From Sminthopsis crassicaudata (taxonomy: Eukaryota): 64,000 nt of DNA. Shown here one piece after another: positions 1 to 12,530 of this stretch. The stretch covers positions 633,372,958 through 633,436,957 of the forward strand of contig NC_133617.1 in NCBI RefSeq assembly GCF_048593235.1, in the 5' to 3' direction. The notes under the pieces were generated by a model. That model worked only from the letters and a program-made list of their open reading frames with translations. It ran no database searches and had not been told where the DNA came from. How positions within the stretch are numbered: position 1 is the stretch's first letter; every line of letters begins with the position of its first letter. The position numbers and the translations under genes were made by a program.

Positions 1-264
1 TCATTTATTCAAGTATGATAATAAGCTAATGTATATGTTTCTTATTCCTTTTTAGCATCTCAAGAGTTAAAGGGCTAGGGGGTTGGGTGGGGACGGCACA
101 GCCCTAGTTGTATCCCATTTCCCACTATTGTTCAGATGTACTTCCCAGGATTCAGCCCCTACAACGAGAGGTATTCTCTTAGTGTCAATTCAAAGCAATG
201 GGCACTGGTTTTTATTAATTCACAGAATGTTAGAGTTAGAGATGACATTATAGGTCATCTAAGC

Positions 265-472
265 CAAAGATTCTTAACCCGCTTTGTGTTACAGATCCCT
301 TTGACAGTCTGGTGAAAATTATGGATATCTATTCAGAATAATGCTTTCAAAAGCATAAAATATAATACATAGAATTCAGAGGAAACAAATTATTGCCACA
401 GATAAAATATTTAATGTTTCCTTTCAAGTTCACAAATCTTTGGGAGGTCTTAATCGCAGATTAAGAGCATAG
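265..472. mobile_element. hAT/Charlie-type MITE inserted into a MIR3 end
   Basis: Degenerate TIRs caaagattcttaacc / agattaagagcatag, and an internal gatccctttgacagtctggtgaa..cagaataatg recalled from Charlie-family MITEs. Confidence 0.6.
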
Positions 473-1129
473 TCCCAATTACAAATATCAATCAATCAGC
501 CAGCATTTAGTAAGCAGCTACTACTATATGCTGTATAATGAGTTATGTTCTGAAAATACAAAGGCAAAAGTAGAGCACTTTAATCTCTTGTAGAATAAAT
601 TATGTTGAGCAAGACAATGTGCATATATCTAAGTAGGAAATATCTATAAAATAAATATGTGGGCATTTGTTAACTTATTGACTGAGTGACAGGATCTTCT
701 TCTATAGTGGAATGTATCCTAAGGCTTGAAACCTGGTCCTGGATAACTGTTACAATACTACAGAAGAAATCCTTGCTTGTCACTTTTGGAGCATGACAGG
801 AAGGAGTCTCTCAATGTGCCCAAAGTATCCAGTAAAAATCTCCCTATCTTGAGATGAGGATATCCTGGAGTCATCTTGAAGCAGCTCAGGAAAACTGATG
901 GTTAAATTTTCAGTATGAACATTTGCATCTCAGAAAACTTGCCAAATAAGGCTTGATCTCTTGTTTTGTGGACTCTTTAGACTTTAGAAAGTATTGATAT
1001 TAATAAGGTAAATTAAAATTAAGAATTGTTTCATGTGAACATTTCCCCATTTGTTAAACATTTATCAACACATCCTGGATGTCTTTCATTATCACTAAGA
1101 GATCTTTGTCTTGCTTCCAAAATATGTTC

Positions 1130-1310
1130 TGTGGTATGGTGGAAAGAAATAGATTTAGAGTTTTGTAGCTAAGTTTTAATTCTGTCTCTGCCACTTCTTT
1201 TTTTGAAGAACTTTATTCTGAGCCTCAGTTTCTTCACTTGGCAAATTAAGGGATTGAACTCAGTAACCCTTGCCATTCTTCCAACTGAAAATCTACGATT
1301 CTATGATTTA
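1130..1310 (+). mobile_element. MIR3-type SINE
   Basis: Core ctgagcctcagtttcttcac and a MIR3-like tail ending ctacgattctatgatt. Confidence 0.7.
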
Positions 1311-1994
1311 GATCATGATCTCTCAAAGAAAGTTCCCTATTTTTAGTTCTTTCAATTATATCTAATCATAGACTATCAAGATCTTATCCCTCTCACTTCT
1401 CAGAGAATCTAACATCCACTGATATAAAGATCTGTGAATGACTTGGAGAAAACAAGGCTTTCCCATGGTATACTGATGAGATAGGGGTACCCTTCCTTCT
1501 CATAGAAACCACAATCTCCATCTTTCTGCAATTAGTTTTCTAATGTCTTGGGGCCTAAATGCCACTGTTGCTGCCATCATATTTAAAGTCCTGTCTATGT
1601 AGCTTCTGTTCTCTAAGTTCCTACTTCCAACTCTATGGAATAATGGTTATCTCATATGGGTTCACCTGCTACCTCAAATATGCTATAGTTTCTTTAACTT
1701 TAAAATGGGGACAATAATAAGCTGTACCTCACATAGTTGTTGTAAGGTCCAAATGAGAAAAAAAATCTGTAAAAAATGCTTTTAACACAGTGACAGGCAC
1801 ACAATAAGCACTTGATTATTTTCTTGCTCATCTCTTGTCCCTAGTTCCTGGTGCAACTATAAATATAGACTACCTTTAATGATGACACCATTATCCCTCC
1901 ACCACTTTGAATTAGTACCCGTCACAATTATATCTAATTGCTGCTTTGTTAATAGGTAATATGATGCTGGATGATCTACTTATTTGTGTTTTTA

Positions 1995-2185
1995 AAGAGT
2001 TCATTCAATAGAAATATGTTTAGAAGAACTGCACATGTTTAACCTATAATGGAATGCTTGCTGTCTAGGGAAGAGAATGAGGAGGGAGAGAAAAAAATTT
2101 GAAACACAAAGTTTTGCAAAGATGAATGTTAAAAACTAATTTTGCATGTATTTTTGGGGAAAAACCTACTATTAAAAATAGAACA
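1995..2185 (+). mobile_element. L1 3'UTR fragment
   Basis: gcacatgtttaacctata..tgcttgctgtctaggg..gaatgttaaaaacta; homologous to 8280-8460. Confidence 0.75.
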
Positions 2186-2519
2186 GGCCAAATGATAATA
2201 AGTCCAATAAGGTGAAAAACACTTTGAAAAGCAGAATTGCTCAAATGCAAAATGATATTCAAAAATCTACTGATAAGAAGAGCTTCTTAAATAGTAGTGT
2301 TGGCTAAATGGAAATTTAGACAAAAATTCATTGAAATAAAGAAGTCCTTAAAAAATTAGAATTGGCTAAATGGAAAAGGAGGTACAAAGGCTAACATAAG
2401 AAAATAATTCTTTAAAAATTAGAATTGGGTGAGCTTAAAGCTAATGACTTCTATAAGGCATCAAGAAACTATAAAACAAAACAAAAAAACTGAAAAAAAA
2501 TTCATTCAAGTGCTCATAA

Positions 2520-2660
2520 GTTTCAGAACTGAAAGAGGCTTTGGAAAATTTCCAACTTAGTTAGAGATAAGGAAACTGAGGTTGGGAGAGAGAAGTTAAT
2601 GGATTGCCTAAAGTCACATAAATAATAATGTAAATTATTGACTTTTGAATACAGGCCTTC
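2520..2660 (-). mobile_element. MIR/MIR3 SINE
   Basis: Reverse core gataaggaaactgagg..ttgcctaaagtcaca. Confidence 0.7.
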
Positions 2661-2927
2661 CACTCCATACTTACTCTGTGTACTCTTATTGCATATGCAT
2701 ATAAACATTATGTATATGATTATATATGTGTATCCATATCTGTGTGTATATCTATAGATATACACATGGATAAAAAAGCAGGTTTGGGATATGATTGAGT
2801 TACATTTTAACAAAGAGATAGACAGTGTATTTTTCCCCTCCACAAAATAAATGAGTGCTTAGGGGCTGAGGAACCTAGGCCTGTGTTCAGTTTCCTCTCT
2901 ACCCTCTACTACTATCCCCAGGAGCCA

Positions 2928-3047
2928 AAGAGCTCCAGTCTTGAAGTCAGGAACATCTGAGTTCAAATGTGGTCTGACACAACACTTCCGAACTATGTGA
3001 CCTTGGGCAAGTCACTTAACCCCAATTGCCTCAGGAGGGAAAAAAAA
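2928..3047 (+). mobile_element. WSINE1-type tRNA-derived SINE, 5'-truncated
   Basis: B-box gagttcaaat, gtgaccttgggcaagtcacttaaccccaattgcctc and an A tail. Confidence 0.85.
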
Positions 3048-3064
3048 GTACACTGCAGCAGAAG

Positions 3065-3069
3065 CACAC

Positions 3070-3102
<33 letters not shown>
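3065..3102. repeat. (CA)n microsatellite
   Basis: Direct observation. Confidence 0.95.
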
Positions 3103-3104
<2 letters not shown>

Positions 3105-4699
3105 ACACAGCCTGAGAATGTAAACAGTATTGTGAAATCCAGTTCCTTTATGGAGGAGGGGACATCTTGAATTTTTCAGAACCTAGTCTTCTAGTCAGAG
3201 AAGAAAGATTTCCTGAATAATGTCAATTATGAGAATTGCCTTTTGGATTATTCCAAGTTAGAGGTTAGATTTTTTTTTTTAGAGAAATTAAGGGATTAAG
3301 AGAGGGAAATGATGTGGAAACTCTATTGATAAATTAGTATTTCCTTCTCCAAATCCAGGCACAAAACAGACAAACACAACCTTTTGGCAAGAAACTGCTT
3401 ATTACAAATTCTTTTTCTGTACTCTTTAATGAGGCAATAGCTCTGTCACTTAAAAGGCCCAATTAAAATTCAGCTACTACTTTACCCCTCAAAAAATACT
3501 GGTACTAGAATAGCTTAATTCCATAGATTTACTGCTGCCCTTTGTGAATCTAACTTTATCCTATATGCTAATGCCTATTTCTACTCTCCCACAGCAATAA
3601 CCACCAATACTACCACCTCCAGCCCAACTACAAAGATTGTGAGGCAAGTTGGAAAACGCTTACTAGCTAGAAAAGGTAATGTAGAGCTTCTGTTTTGTGT
3701 GTCAGCCTCAATAAAAGTTGCACATTTGCAAACACATGAGAGTCGGCTTATGAATCACTACCCTCATTTATTGTTAGACTAACTTAGGGAGCCAGAATTC
3801 AGCTTTTATTCCAAATAATAATTTCACCCAGGGGAATAGGCTATTTAGAAGGATCCTGGCAGTAGCATGAATATTGGTGTTTGTAAGGTTGGGGCTTGGA
3901 CTCATGTAGTATTCCAAATACTCATGGAAGAATAAGAGGTCACAAAGATACTTAATAAACATTTTCTCCTCTCCATATGCAGAAACTGAATTCTGCTGAG
4001 AGTTTAAAAAATCGTAATGATAATACACCCCACACTTATTAGTTCTGGGGTATATAGGTAATGATCATAATAAAGGAAAGGCTTTACTGTTAGAATTGCA
4101 AATCAGTAAATAAAATTCAGCATGGCTCATCCATAGACATCTCTAGCAAAAGAAGAAAAGGTGAGGCCCTCCAGCTGGAGGAAAGCAGAGAAAAGGACAG
4201 GGTTTTGGTGGGGTGGGAAGAAGAGTGACACAGAAAAACATATTTTGCTTTGGAATTAAATGTGGTGAATGGTAACATTCTGTGATTGAAGCTCTATAAT
4301 TTACTAGATATCTCTGGTAAGGTATTACCTTTGTCAGGACTATATCTATGATACTATTGGTACAATTTAAGGAGTCCTGAAGAAGGCTTCCCTACTCCAA
4401 AATACCCAAGTATCACAGTATCAAACTCCTATGGGTATTAAGAGGAAACTTTCAGGCAGGTATTAGATGAAATCATAGAAGGTGAATGATGACATAAAAG
4501 GAATGCTTTGTCAGGTATTGGTTGAACTATTTGGTTACTAAAGTTTCTACCAATTTATATGGTTCTGCCTACATAACAACAGGGAGATGATGCTGGGTAA
4601 TAAATGGTCATTGTTTTGAGGTACAATCTTTGTAAGTTTCTCCCTATCTGTAAAATCATCAAATATTGGGTCTTGTTCTGAACTGTATGCCTGCTGAGA

Positions 4700-5560
4700 C
4701 TATTGAACTAGAACATCATTTTCTCTCCTCATCTCACACATTGATATCATCTCGACCAGTTCTTCCTTCAAGCCCATCCTCTTCCTCTCTTCCCTAACAG
4801 ATTGCCCCCATTATCATCCCCCCTCTTTCTAACCTTCAATCTCTTCTTACTTAGTATTTCTTCCTTTCTGCCTATAAACAGGTCTAAGGTTTCTTAAACT
4901 TTGAAAAATATACTAGAGCACTACCTCACTAGAGCACATTATCCACACCAACTGTCATCCTATAGTCTTTTATTAGCCAAATTCATTAAAAAAAAGCCAT
5001 TTATACCTATGTCTCCATGTTTTTCTACTCTGTCTTTTCTCACCCCTCTGAAAGTTGGCTCCTCACTTTTATCACTTAATTGAAACTGCTTTCTGCAAAG
5101 ACATAAAAAATCTCTTAAGATTCCCATCTAATTTAATGTTCTCTTCTGAATCTCTACATATAGGCACTCTTCTCTCATTACCAATTCAGATATTAAAATG
5201 TAAACTCCCCAAGGGAGTTCTCTTTGTTAAATACTCAAATCACTAGCATTTATGTTTTTTTTTCCTCCTATCTATTTGTATTCATTAATTCAGCCATAAT
5301 CTAGTTATTTGGCCATATGCTTCATCCCTCTATTGCACTATTAACCTGAATAAAAGTTATGTACATCTTAATATATTATGGAAATATGAGCTGTTATTAT
5401 TACAAACGCATTACTGTATAGAATGGTACCTAATGCCTATGCCTGTTGTCTCCTCCAATAGAATGTAAACTCTTTAAAGGTAGGTTTATATCTCTAGCAT
5501 CAGTTAAAGAGATGAAGCATATAGCAAGTACCTAATAAAGGCATTATTTATTGATTGATT
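4700..5560 (+). mobile_element. L2 LINE fragments (ORF2 RT region and 3' ends)
   Basis: cacttaattgaaactgctttctgcaaag (L2 HSTETAL-type motif) and 3' ends such as tagaatgtaaactcttt..taataaagg. Confidence 0.7.
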
Positions 5561-6059
5561 AAAAAGCTCTAGTTTCTTGAACAACATTTGAATTTATCAG
5601 CATTTATCAGGTATGATCTACTCTTCCTTCTTCCTCTTATATCTTACCAAAATAAAACACACTTTTCTGGTCACCACAATGTTGTCTTCCTTTATTAACA
5701 TGTAAAGTCCTTAAGAGAAAGGATTTTCTCTTTTATAAATACTCATATCCTTAGTATGTTCTATCATAATTCATGCATTTTATAATTATCTAGCATATGT
5801 TATTTATTTTTCTATAAGACAATTTCTGCAAAGGTTTTATAAATCTTAATGCATTATATAAATGTGAGACATTATTATTATCATAATATCACTGTAGTAT
5901 TATACTTTCTCTTCAGCTTAAGGCCTTCTGTGTTGCCCCATCTTTTCCTGGAAGTAAAATATAATGCCAGTGGAAAACCAAATACTACCTTTGGAAAGGA
6001 AGTCTGTGATGTGGGGCAGTTAAAGTCACATTTCATGTATACTATGTATAAGCCTTTTT

Positions 6060-6430
6060 GTTTTATTTTTATTTATTTTTAATATTCTCAAGTTATTTAT
6101 TTATTTAAATTTATGGGATAGAATTAACATTTCCATAATGTAGTATAATACAAAAAAATAATACATAAACTGCAAATCCATCACATACAACTTGTTTTTC
6201 CTTTTAAATATCCAATAAAACTATCATGTAATTTTTTTTCTTTTCTTTCTTCTCTACTCCCCACCTTAAAGATGGTTTTCATTAGACATAAATATGCATG
6301 TGTGTATGTAAAATCATCCCATACATATTTCTATTTATAAGTTATTTCTCTGGATGAAGTTAGAGTTTTCCTTCTTATGTTCTTTACAACTAATTTGATT
6401 ATTTGTAATAGTCAAATGACTTATAATTAT
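6060..6430 (-). mobile_element. Old L1 3'UTR fragment
   Basis: T-rich reverse tail followed by marsupial L1 3'UTR-like sequence (gttatttctctggatgaag). Confidence 0.6.
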
Positions 6431-7829
6431 TGTAAATCAAAACGATCTAGTTCATTTTGAAGAGGGCTGCCAATAAATTAGCCATGGAATGATGAATCTT
6501 TTACAAAAATCTTTCAAAAAGACTATCTCTTAAGACTTAGAGGGACCACAGTTTGCAATGATAAAAAGGATAGCTTAACATTGATGGAATTGTAGTTTTT
6601 TAAAGTGTTATTCTTATCACTTTTATTATATAATTTTTGAATCTTGCCAACTTGCAGAATAGCACTGTGCACACAGTAGGCTCTTAATAAATATTCATTG
6701 TATTTTTTTTCCTAAATTGAATTAAACTTCACAGTCAACATCTTAGGAAGCAATCTTGAATACCAACTTTTTAGAATATTTGTCAATACAATACTTTCTT
6801 CTTATCTACTGTGTACAAATTTGACTTCTACTACTGCTCCAAATTGTATGACAATGAAATTCAGATTAAGAGAATGAAATCTTTTATCTCTGGGTAAAAA
6901 AAAACAAAAACAAAAACAAAAAACTCTAATATAAGTATTAAATAGCCATTATACCCATGATTGCACTGATTATTATTGAATCTTTTCAATCAACTATGCC
7001 ATTTATGTAGAACACATTGTAATGAGATACACATGTTTTGAATGACAGTCAAGGGTTGTGCCAATTTCTCTAGGATACAAAAAAATTTTAGTAAGACTGA
7101 AGTGATAAAATCCTTCAGTGTCAGTATGATGTCTAAATGGGTTAGAATTCTCTCTCTAGTGTTACCACAGGGTTATTGCCCATTTTTTAAAGCTAGTAAA
7201 AGTCTTTTCAGTCTACCTTCAGACATGGTCAGTAATTGGCAGATGGAGAAAATTGATTAGGCATGGTAGATGAATGTATAGGAAATCTTGTTGCTTTTGT
7301 GAATGATAATGAAATCCCCAAGGAAGAAAAATTCTGTTGCTAGATTAATATAAGGGTTCCCTGCTTAAACTGGGGGCTATAAGATCATTCTCCTCTTACT
7401 TAAGACTTTTTCTTTCCATTAGTTTTGGGTTATGTTAGTTCTTATTTAGTATCTGTCTCTTCCTGAGGAAAGTGGTAGGACTATCCCAGATATATTTTGT
7501 ATTTCTGACCAAGAAAAATTTATCCAAGTATTTTTCAGATGCATCTCAAAGTATATTTGTAAAATGGGAATGGTAATATCATATATCTCACTGAATTGTT
7601 GTGAGACAATATATCTTAAATGAGGTGAAAAACTGATATAAATGTTACCTATTATTAACCTGAAGTGGCCATTCAATACCCTGAGTGGATTCTGTATGGA
7701 ACATTTGTGCAAAGACATGGGTATATTCTCATGGAAGATGAGGGGAGACGTATATAAGTTAAGATCTGTTCCAGAGGAAGCAGAGTTATAAAGTATTATG
7801 TGATTGTCCAATGCCAGATCCAAAAGAGG

Positions 7830-8070
7830 AATTACTACTATATCACTCCTGACAAGTAACTTCCAGCTTCTATTTAAGGACCTCCAAGGATAGGGAAACC
7901 CATTACTTTTTCAAGCAGTCTATTCTACTTTTAGAGTGTTTAAATCTTGGAAAGATTTTTTAAAAAATATTATTGTTTTAGTTTATTTTTTAAATAACAT
8001 CAAGGCTAAATTATCTTCTTTGCCATTTCTTCCTGTTGGTCCTGATTTTATCCTTCAGATCTAACAGTAA
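7830..8070 (-). mobile_element. L3/CR1 3' fragment (left part)
   Basis: ttccagcttctatttaaggacctcc..gggaaacccattact..caagcagtctattctacttt matches the reversed CR1 3' region. Confidence 0.75.
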
Positions 8071-8099
8071 TATTGTTTTAAGAATAACTCTGAGCAAAT

Positions 8100-8460
8100 A
8101 AGGCATTATGGCTATTATAAATAACCAATTAACTACACAGGACATATGAAGGAAGACAACATTTGCATCCAGAGAAAGAATTAATAAATAGAAGTATATA
8201 TTATTTTCATCTCGTTTATGTATGCTTTCTCTTTCTTGTGGTTTTTTCTTTCTTTTGTTCTGATTTTCCTTTCACAACATGACAAATATGTTTAAAACAA
8301 TTATACATGTATAACCCGTTTCAGATTGCTTGTTGTCTTGGAAAAAGGGAGGTAAAGGAAGGAGAGAAAAAAATTTGGGACTCAAAATCTCATTGAAATG
8401 AATGCTGAAAACTAACTTTACATATAATTAGAAAAATAAAATACTATTGAGAAGAAAATT
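8100..8460 (+). mobile_element. L1 3' end fragment
   Basis: acatttgcatccagagaaagaa..cacaacatgac..gaatgctgaaaacta..aataaaatactatt. Confidence 0.8.
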
Positions 8461-8484
8461 ACATATATATATATATATATATTT

Positions 8485-10620
8485 GCATGCATGTAAAATG
8501 ATTCTATATATACTTCTCTTATTTTATTTTTCTTCTCAATAATATCTACTGTCTTTCCATTTTATGAGTGAATTCATCCAATTTGTATACTAAGCTATAA
8601 TTACTTATTATTTATATGCCTCCTTTCTATTTTCCTCACTTTCCTTGCCACCCTATTCCTATTCTTCCTTACTTTTCTGCTGTGCTTCTATCTCTCACCT
8701 TATTTCTATTCCTCCTGACTTCTCTATTTGACTTCTGCCCACTGTTTTGTCTTCCTTTTATTTAACCTACCCCCTTTTTAAGAATATCTCCCTTATCTTC
8801 TCCCCTCACTTAATCCCCTTGCTTTCTCATTTGTATCTGAATTTAGAAAAGTTTTATATCCTTTCAAAAATATGTTATTTCCTCTTTATCCCATTCCCGT
8901 TAATTCTCACATTCTCCTAACCCTCCACAACTCTTTCTGATCATCCTCTTATTTCTTTATAAATTTAAAAGATTTATTTTCTTTTAAATATATATGTTGT
9001 TCTCTCTTCAACTTAGGTCTGTGAATAGATTACCCTTAAAAATCTATCCCTTATTCTCTCTCCCTCCCAATCCTTTTCTTCTCATTTCTTTCTGAAGTGT
9101 AGGGTTCCAGAGCTATCAGCCTTCCTCCCCTTCTCTGTATCACTTCTTCCTCCTGAACCTCATTTTTAAGAAATAATTATATACATGGTTTTGCCTTTTA
9201 GAATCACATTTTCATCAGCACTACTTTAATCTTTTTTTCAAACTACCCAATTATTAAAGACAAATTTAGATATACTGTTTACATTTCCATGTATTAAAAT
9301 AATAATTTGTGCTTATTGAATCTCTTATAATCATTCTTTGATGTTTAGCTTATATTTCTTTTGGATTTGATATGTTAATTTTTCTATTAAGTTCAATTCT
9401 TTATGCAACAGAATCCTGAAAGTCTGGCAATTTATTGAATATCCTTTTTTCTTTCAGGATTATGCTCAACTTTGCTAGGTCTGATACTTTGCTCTGCAAT
9501 AGATACTGTTTCAAGACCTATTATCCTTTAATTTAGCCAATGCTAAATGACTATTTGGTATTACTCCAGAGGTAAGAGAAGCTTTTTTTTCCCCCTCAAG
9601 GCCATTTTTGTTAAGTGCTTTGCCCAGGGTCACATAGTTAGCAAATGTTAAGTATTTGAGGCTGGCTTTGAACTCAGGTCCACCTGATTTTAGAACCATG
9701 CTCTATTTATTGGGCCATCTTTATTTATCTTTATTTATTGGGCTTCTTTTTTTTTTGCTTCCGTATTCTCCTCTGAAGATGAATCCCCATCTTCTTTATT
9801 ACCATATTAATTATCATTGGGTTCTTTCTCCTTTGCCTGCTTTTTATTAGTATTGTTATTATTTATAGCAGCTTTTTATTATAATCATCTCTAGTCCTGT
9901 GCTATAGAGAATAGTGCTTCTGGCCTCAGATACTTTTTACTGTAATTTTTTTGAGTTTTGTCTTGGGCCCAATTTCTGCACTCTTTTCCCCACCTCTAAG
10001 TCATAGCTAGGGCACCCCAGCATACTCTGCAGGAAATGTTCTTGCTTCCTGAAAACCAGAACCTTCCAGTAGCTATCACCTTCAGTTATTCCCTTTGGCC
10101 TGGAACCAAAACCAAGAACTCAGCTCTCCTGTAAGAGCTTATAGCCAGCAGGATTCCCACCCCACTGCTTTTGCACTTACTGGGAGTATGCTGTTGTCTT
10201 CTTACTCAAGGCCATGTCTAAGTAGCACTACTGGAAGCCTGTCATATTTTTCAATGGAGGTTTTTTCAATCTTCCCCTTAGAATCAGGGCTCCCTACAGT
10301 GTCCAGGACATAGAAATTCTTGTGGCTGTGATCAAGATTAGCTCCAAACCCTTTAATCTCCAGTATTCCCTGCTTGTTTCAATGGAACTAGCCTAGAGGT
10401 GTTTATACTTCACAGCAATCAAGCTTCTATCCTGGGATTTTTCTTCACATATTCTCTGGTTGTCCCAGGAAGACTATGGTTCTGCCCCAACTCTTGTTTG
10501 TTTTTGATGTTTTATGTTCTATTTGAGGTGCTATTTTGTCTTATTTGCAGAGGAAATCTGGAGATCTTAGAATTTTCTGACCTTCACCATCTTCCCAGAG
10601 TCCTCTTCCTACAATCACCT
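8485..10620 (-). mobile_element. Decayed L1 5' portion (5'UTR, ORF1 end, ORF2 start) with internal loss
   Basis: The reverse of 9350-9525 resembles the ORF1 C-terminus (AKLSII..KK..FN). 8500-9050 is the purine-rich inter-ORF/EN region, and 9900-10600 is 5'UTR-like. Confidence 0.6.
9581..9720 (-). mobile_element. WSINE1-like SINE within the L1 fragment
   Basis: ttaagtgctttgcccagggtcacatag..tttgaactcagg. Confidence 0.8.
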
Positions 10621-10699
10621 TTTAAAAATTATTATACTACCTCATGGAAATGCTTGTTTTAATCCATAAATTAAAAGTAAAACCAATCATTAAAAAAAT

Positions 10700-10835
10700 T
10701 AACTAAAACAAGTCAGATTCCTCTTCCACATGACAACCCCTTCAAATACTTGAAGATGTTTATCCTCTCCTCCCTCAAACTGCTCTTCCTCAGGCTAAAT
10801 ATTCCCAGTTTCTTTAATATTTACCAAATGATAAA
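10700..10835 (-). mobile_element. L3/CR1 3' fragment (continuation of 7830-8070)
   Basis: aacaagtcagattcctcttccacatgacaacccttcaaatacttgaag..ggctaaatattcccag. Confidence 0.8.
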
Positions 10836-11189
10836 ACTTTGATGAGATCACATATCTTTGAAGTATGAAAATGTCTGCTTGCATATGGAAACCACAACAT
10901 TTAAAGTTAGTTCTTGAATGGCTTTAGGTGCAATGCACAGGTCTTTCTATTTCTAAGTAAAAACAATAGCCTTATACTGCCAACGAAGAGAAATATTACA
11001 CCAAATATCTATCTTTAGGGATATTTCAACATGTAGTAGAACTGAGGATAAACTATACTGTATATGTAGGAGTGGGTGATATGATGCTAAATGATATTTT
11101 TTGATGAATAAAAGGGTTCTTAAAATCAGTTTCCCAAACACATGATAGGGAAGGCATGGTTTGGTTGCAGTTCCTCAGAAAGAGAATTG

Positions 11190-11965
11190 AGGAGATTATT
11201 GGACTTCAAGTTCAAAATGAAGTAATGTTGGGATAAAAAAGTAAAAACAACAACAACAACAAAAAAAAAAACCCCCAACACTAATGTGATCTCAGGCTGC
11301 AGTAAGTGAGACACAGCCAGTGAAAGAAGGAAAGTGACAATCTCACTGAACTTGTCATTGGTCAGATCATAACTAAAATAAAACATGAAGCTCTGAATGG
11401 TGATTTTAACAAAGATACTGATAAATTAGAGAGTATTTAGAGGAGGACAATCAGGATGATGAGCAGCCTTGAAATCATGTCATATATGAATTGAGTGATG
11501 AGATTGGAGATGCTTAGTTTTGAGAAGGGAAGACATTTAGGGAGGTCACAATAATTATCTTCAAGTGCTTGATGAGCTATGCAGGAAGAGGAACCAGGCT
11601 TGTTCTGCTTGGCCCTAAAGAATAGCTTGTGAAACAATGGGAAGACTTTTACAAATAAATTTTAGCATGATATAAAGAAACACTTCTTAATACTTATGAT
11701 GATCTTAAAGGGGAAAGGGCTGCCCTAGAAGGGAGTAGGTTTCTCTCAGAAGAAGTTACTTTTTTATTTCCCAACGAAGTAATTAAAATAAATCAAATAC
11801 ACAACTAATAAAGTAATGAGACATTCCAACAATGCCCAACTGGGTTACTCATTGAAGATTTTTAGGCAGAGATTGAATGAATACTTGTTGGGTGATATTA
11901 TAGAAGAAATTTTTTAGGTATGAGCTATACTCTAGTAAGGATGTTTCCAATTCTAATAATCTTTT
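11190..11965 (+). mobile_element. L3/CR1 3' region
   Basis: aatgtgatctcaggctgc..gataaattagagag..ttgttctgcttggccc..agggctgccc..aggcagagattgaatga. Confidence 0.8.
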
Positions 11966-12139
11966 TTCCCAATAGTGTAATCTGAATTTTAGAAGATTAA
12001 TGAAGTTCAAGCTCTGGAAATTCCCACCAAGCTAAAAAGCCTATATATATATATATATAGAACACTTAGTGATACAATAGCTAGTTATACTAGGTATACT
12101 AGTCTTAATGTTGGACTAAGAAATTTCCCTATTCTTTTT

Positions 12140-12530
12140 CTCATCTCACAAATCACTGGCATAACTCCCCACCATTTATTCCTTTAGTACCATCTCTGAT
12201 GAAGTAGCTCTTCTTCTCATCATAGCCCATCTATCTAAATTTTGCCTCACCCATTCATCTGCATTTATTTTCAAATTCTCTCCTGTCTTATAATAAATTG
12301 TTTCTCTTCTTTCCTTTCCACAATCTTGAATCCCTTTCTCCTGGTTCCTTCTTCATTGCTTATAGAAACAAGTCTCTCTATACTTGAAAAAAATTTTTAT
12401 TGGAACCTACCATTCCCATGATCATTCTCCAGGTCTTCTCTTTTTCTCAGCCAAAATCTTTGAAAAAGCCATCTATATTTAGTGTCTCCATTTCTTTTTC
12501 TCCCCTTCCAAAGAGCCAGTAGTTAAACAT
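12140..12530 (+). mobile_element. L2 ORF2 fragment
   Basis: Pyrimidine-rich, with cttctctttttctcagccaaaatctttgaaaaagccatctat (L2 ..SKLLEK.. region). Confidence 0.7.

Noticed and set aside
7042-7260. ORF with KWVRILSLVLPQG, faintly like the RT SGVPQG motif
   Set aside because: Single weak motif with no flanking RT motifs; cannot support a LINE call.
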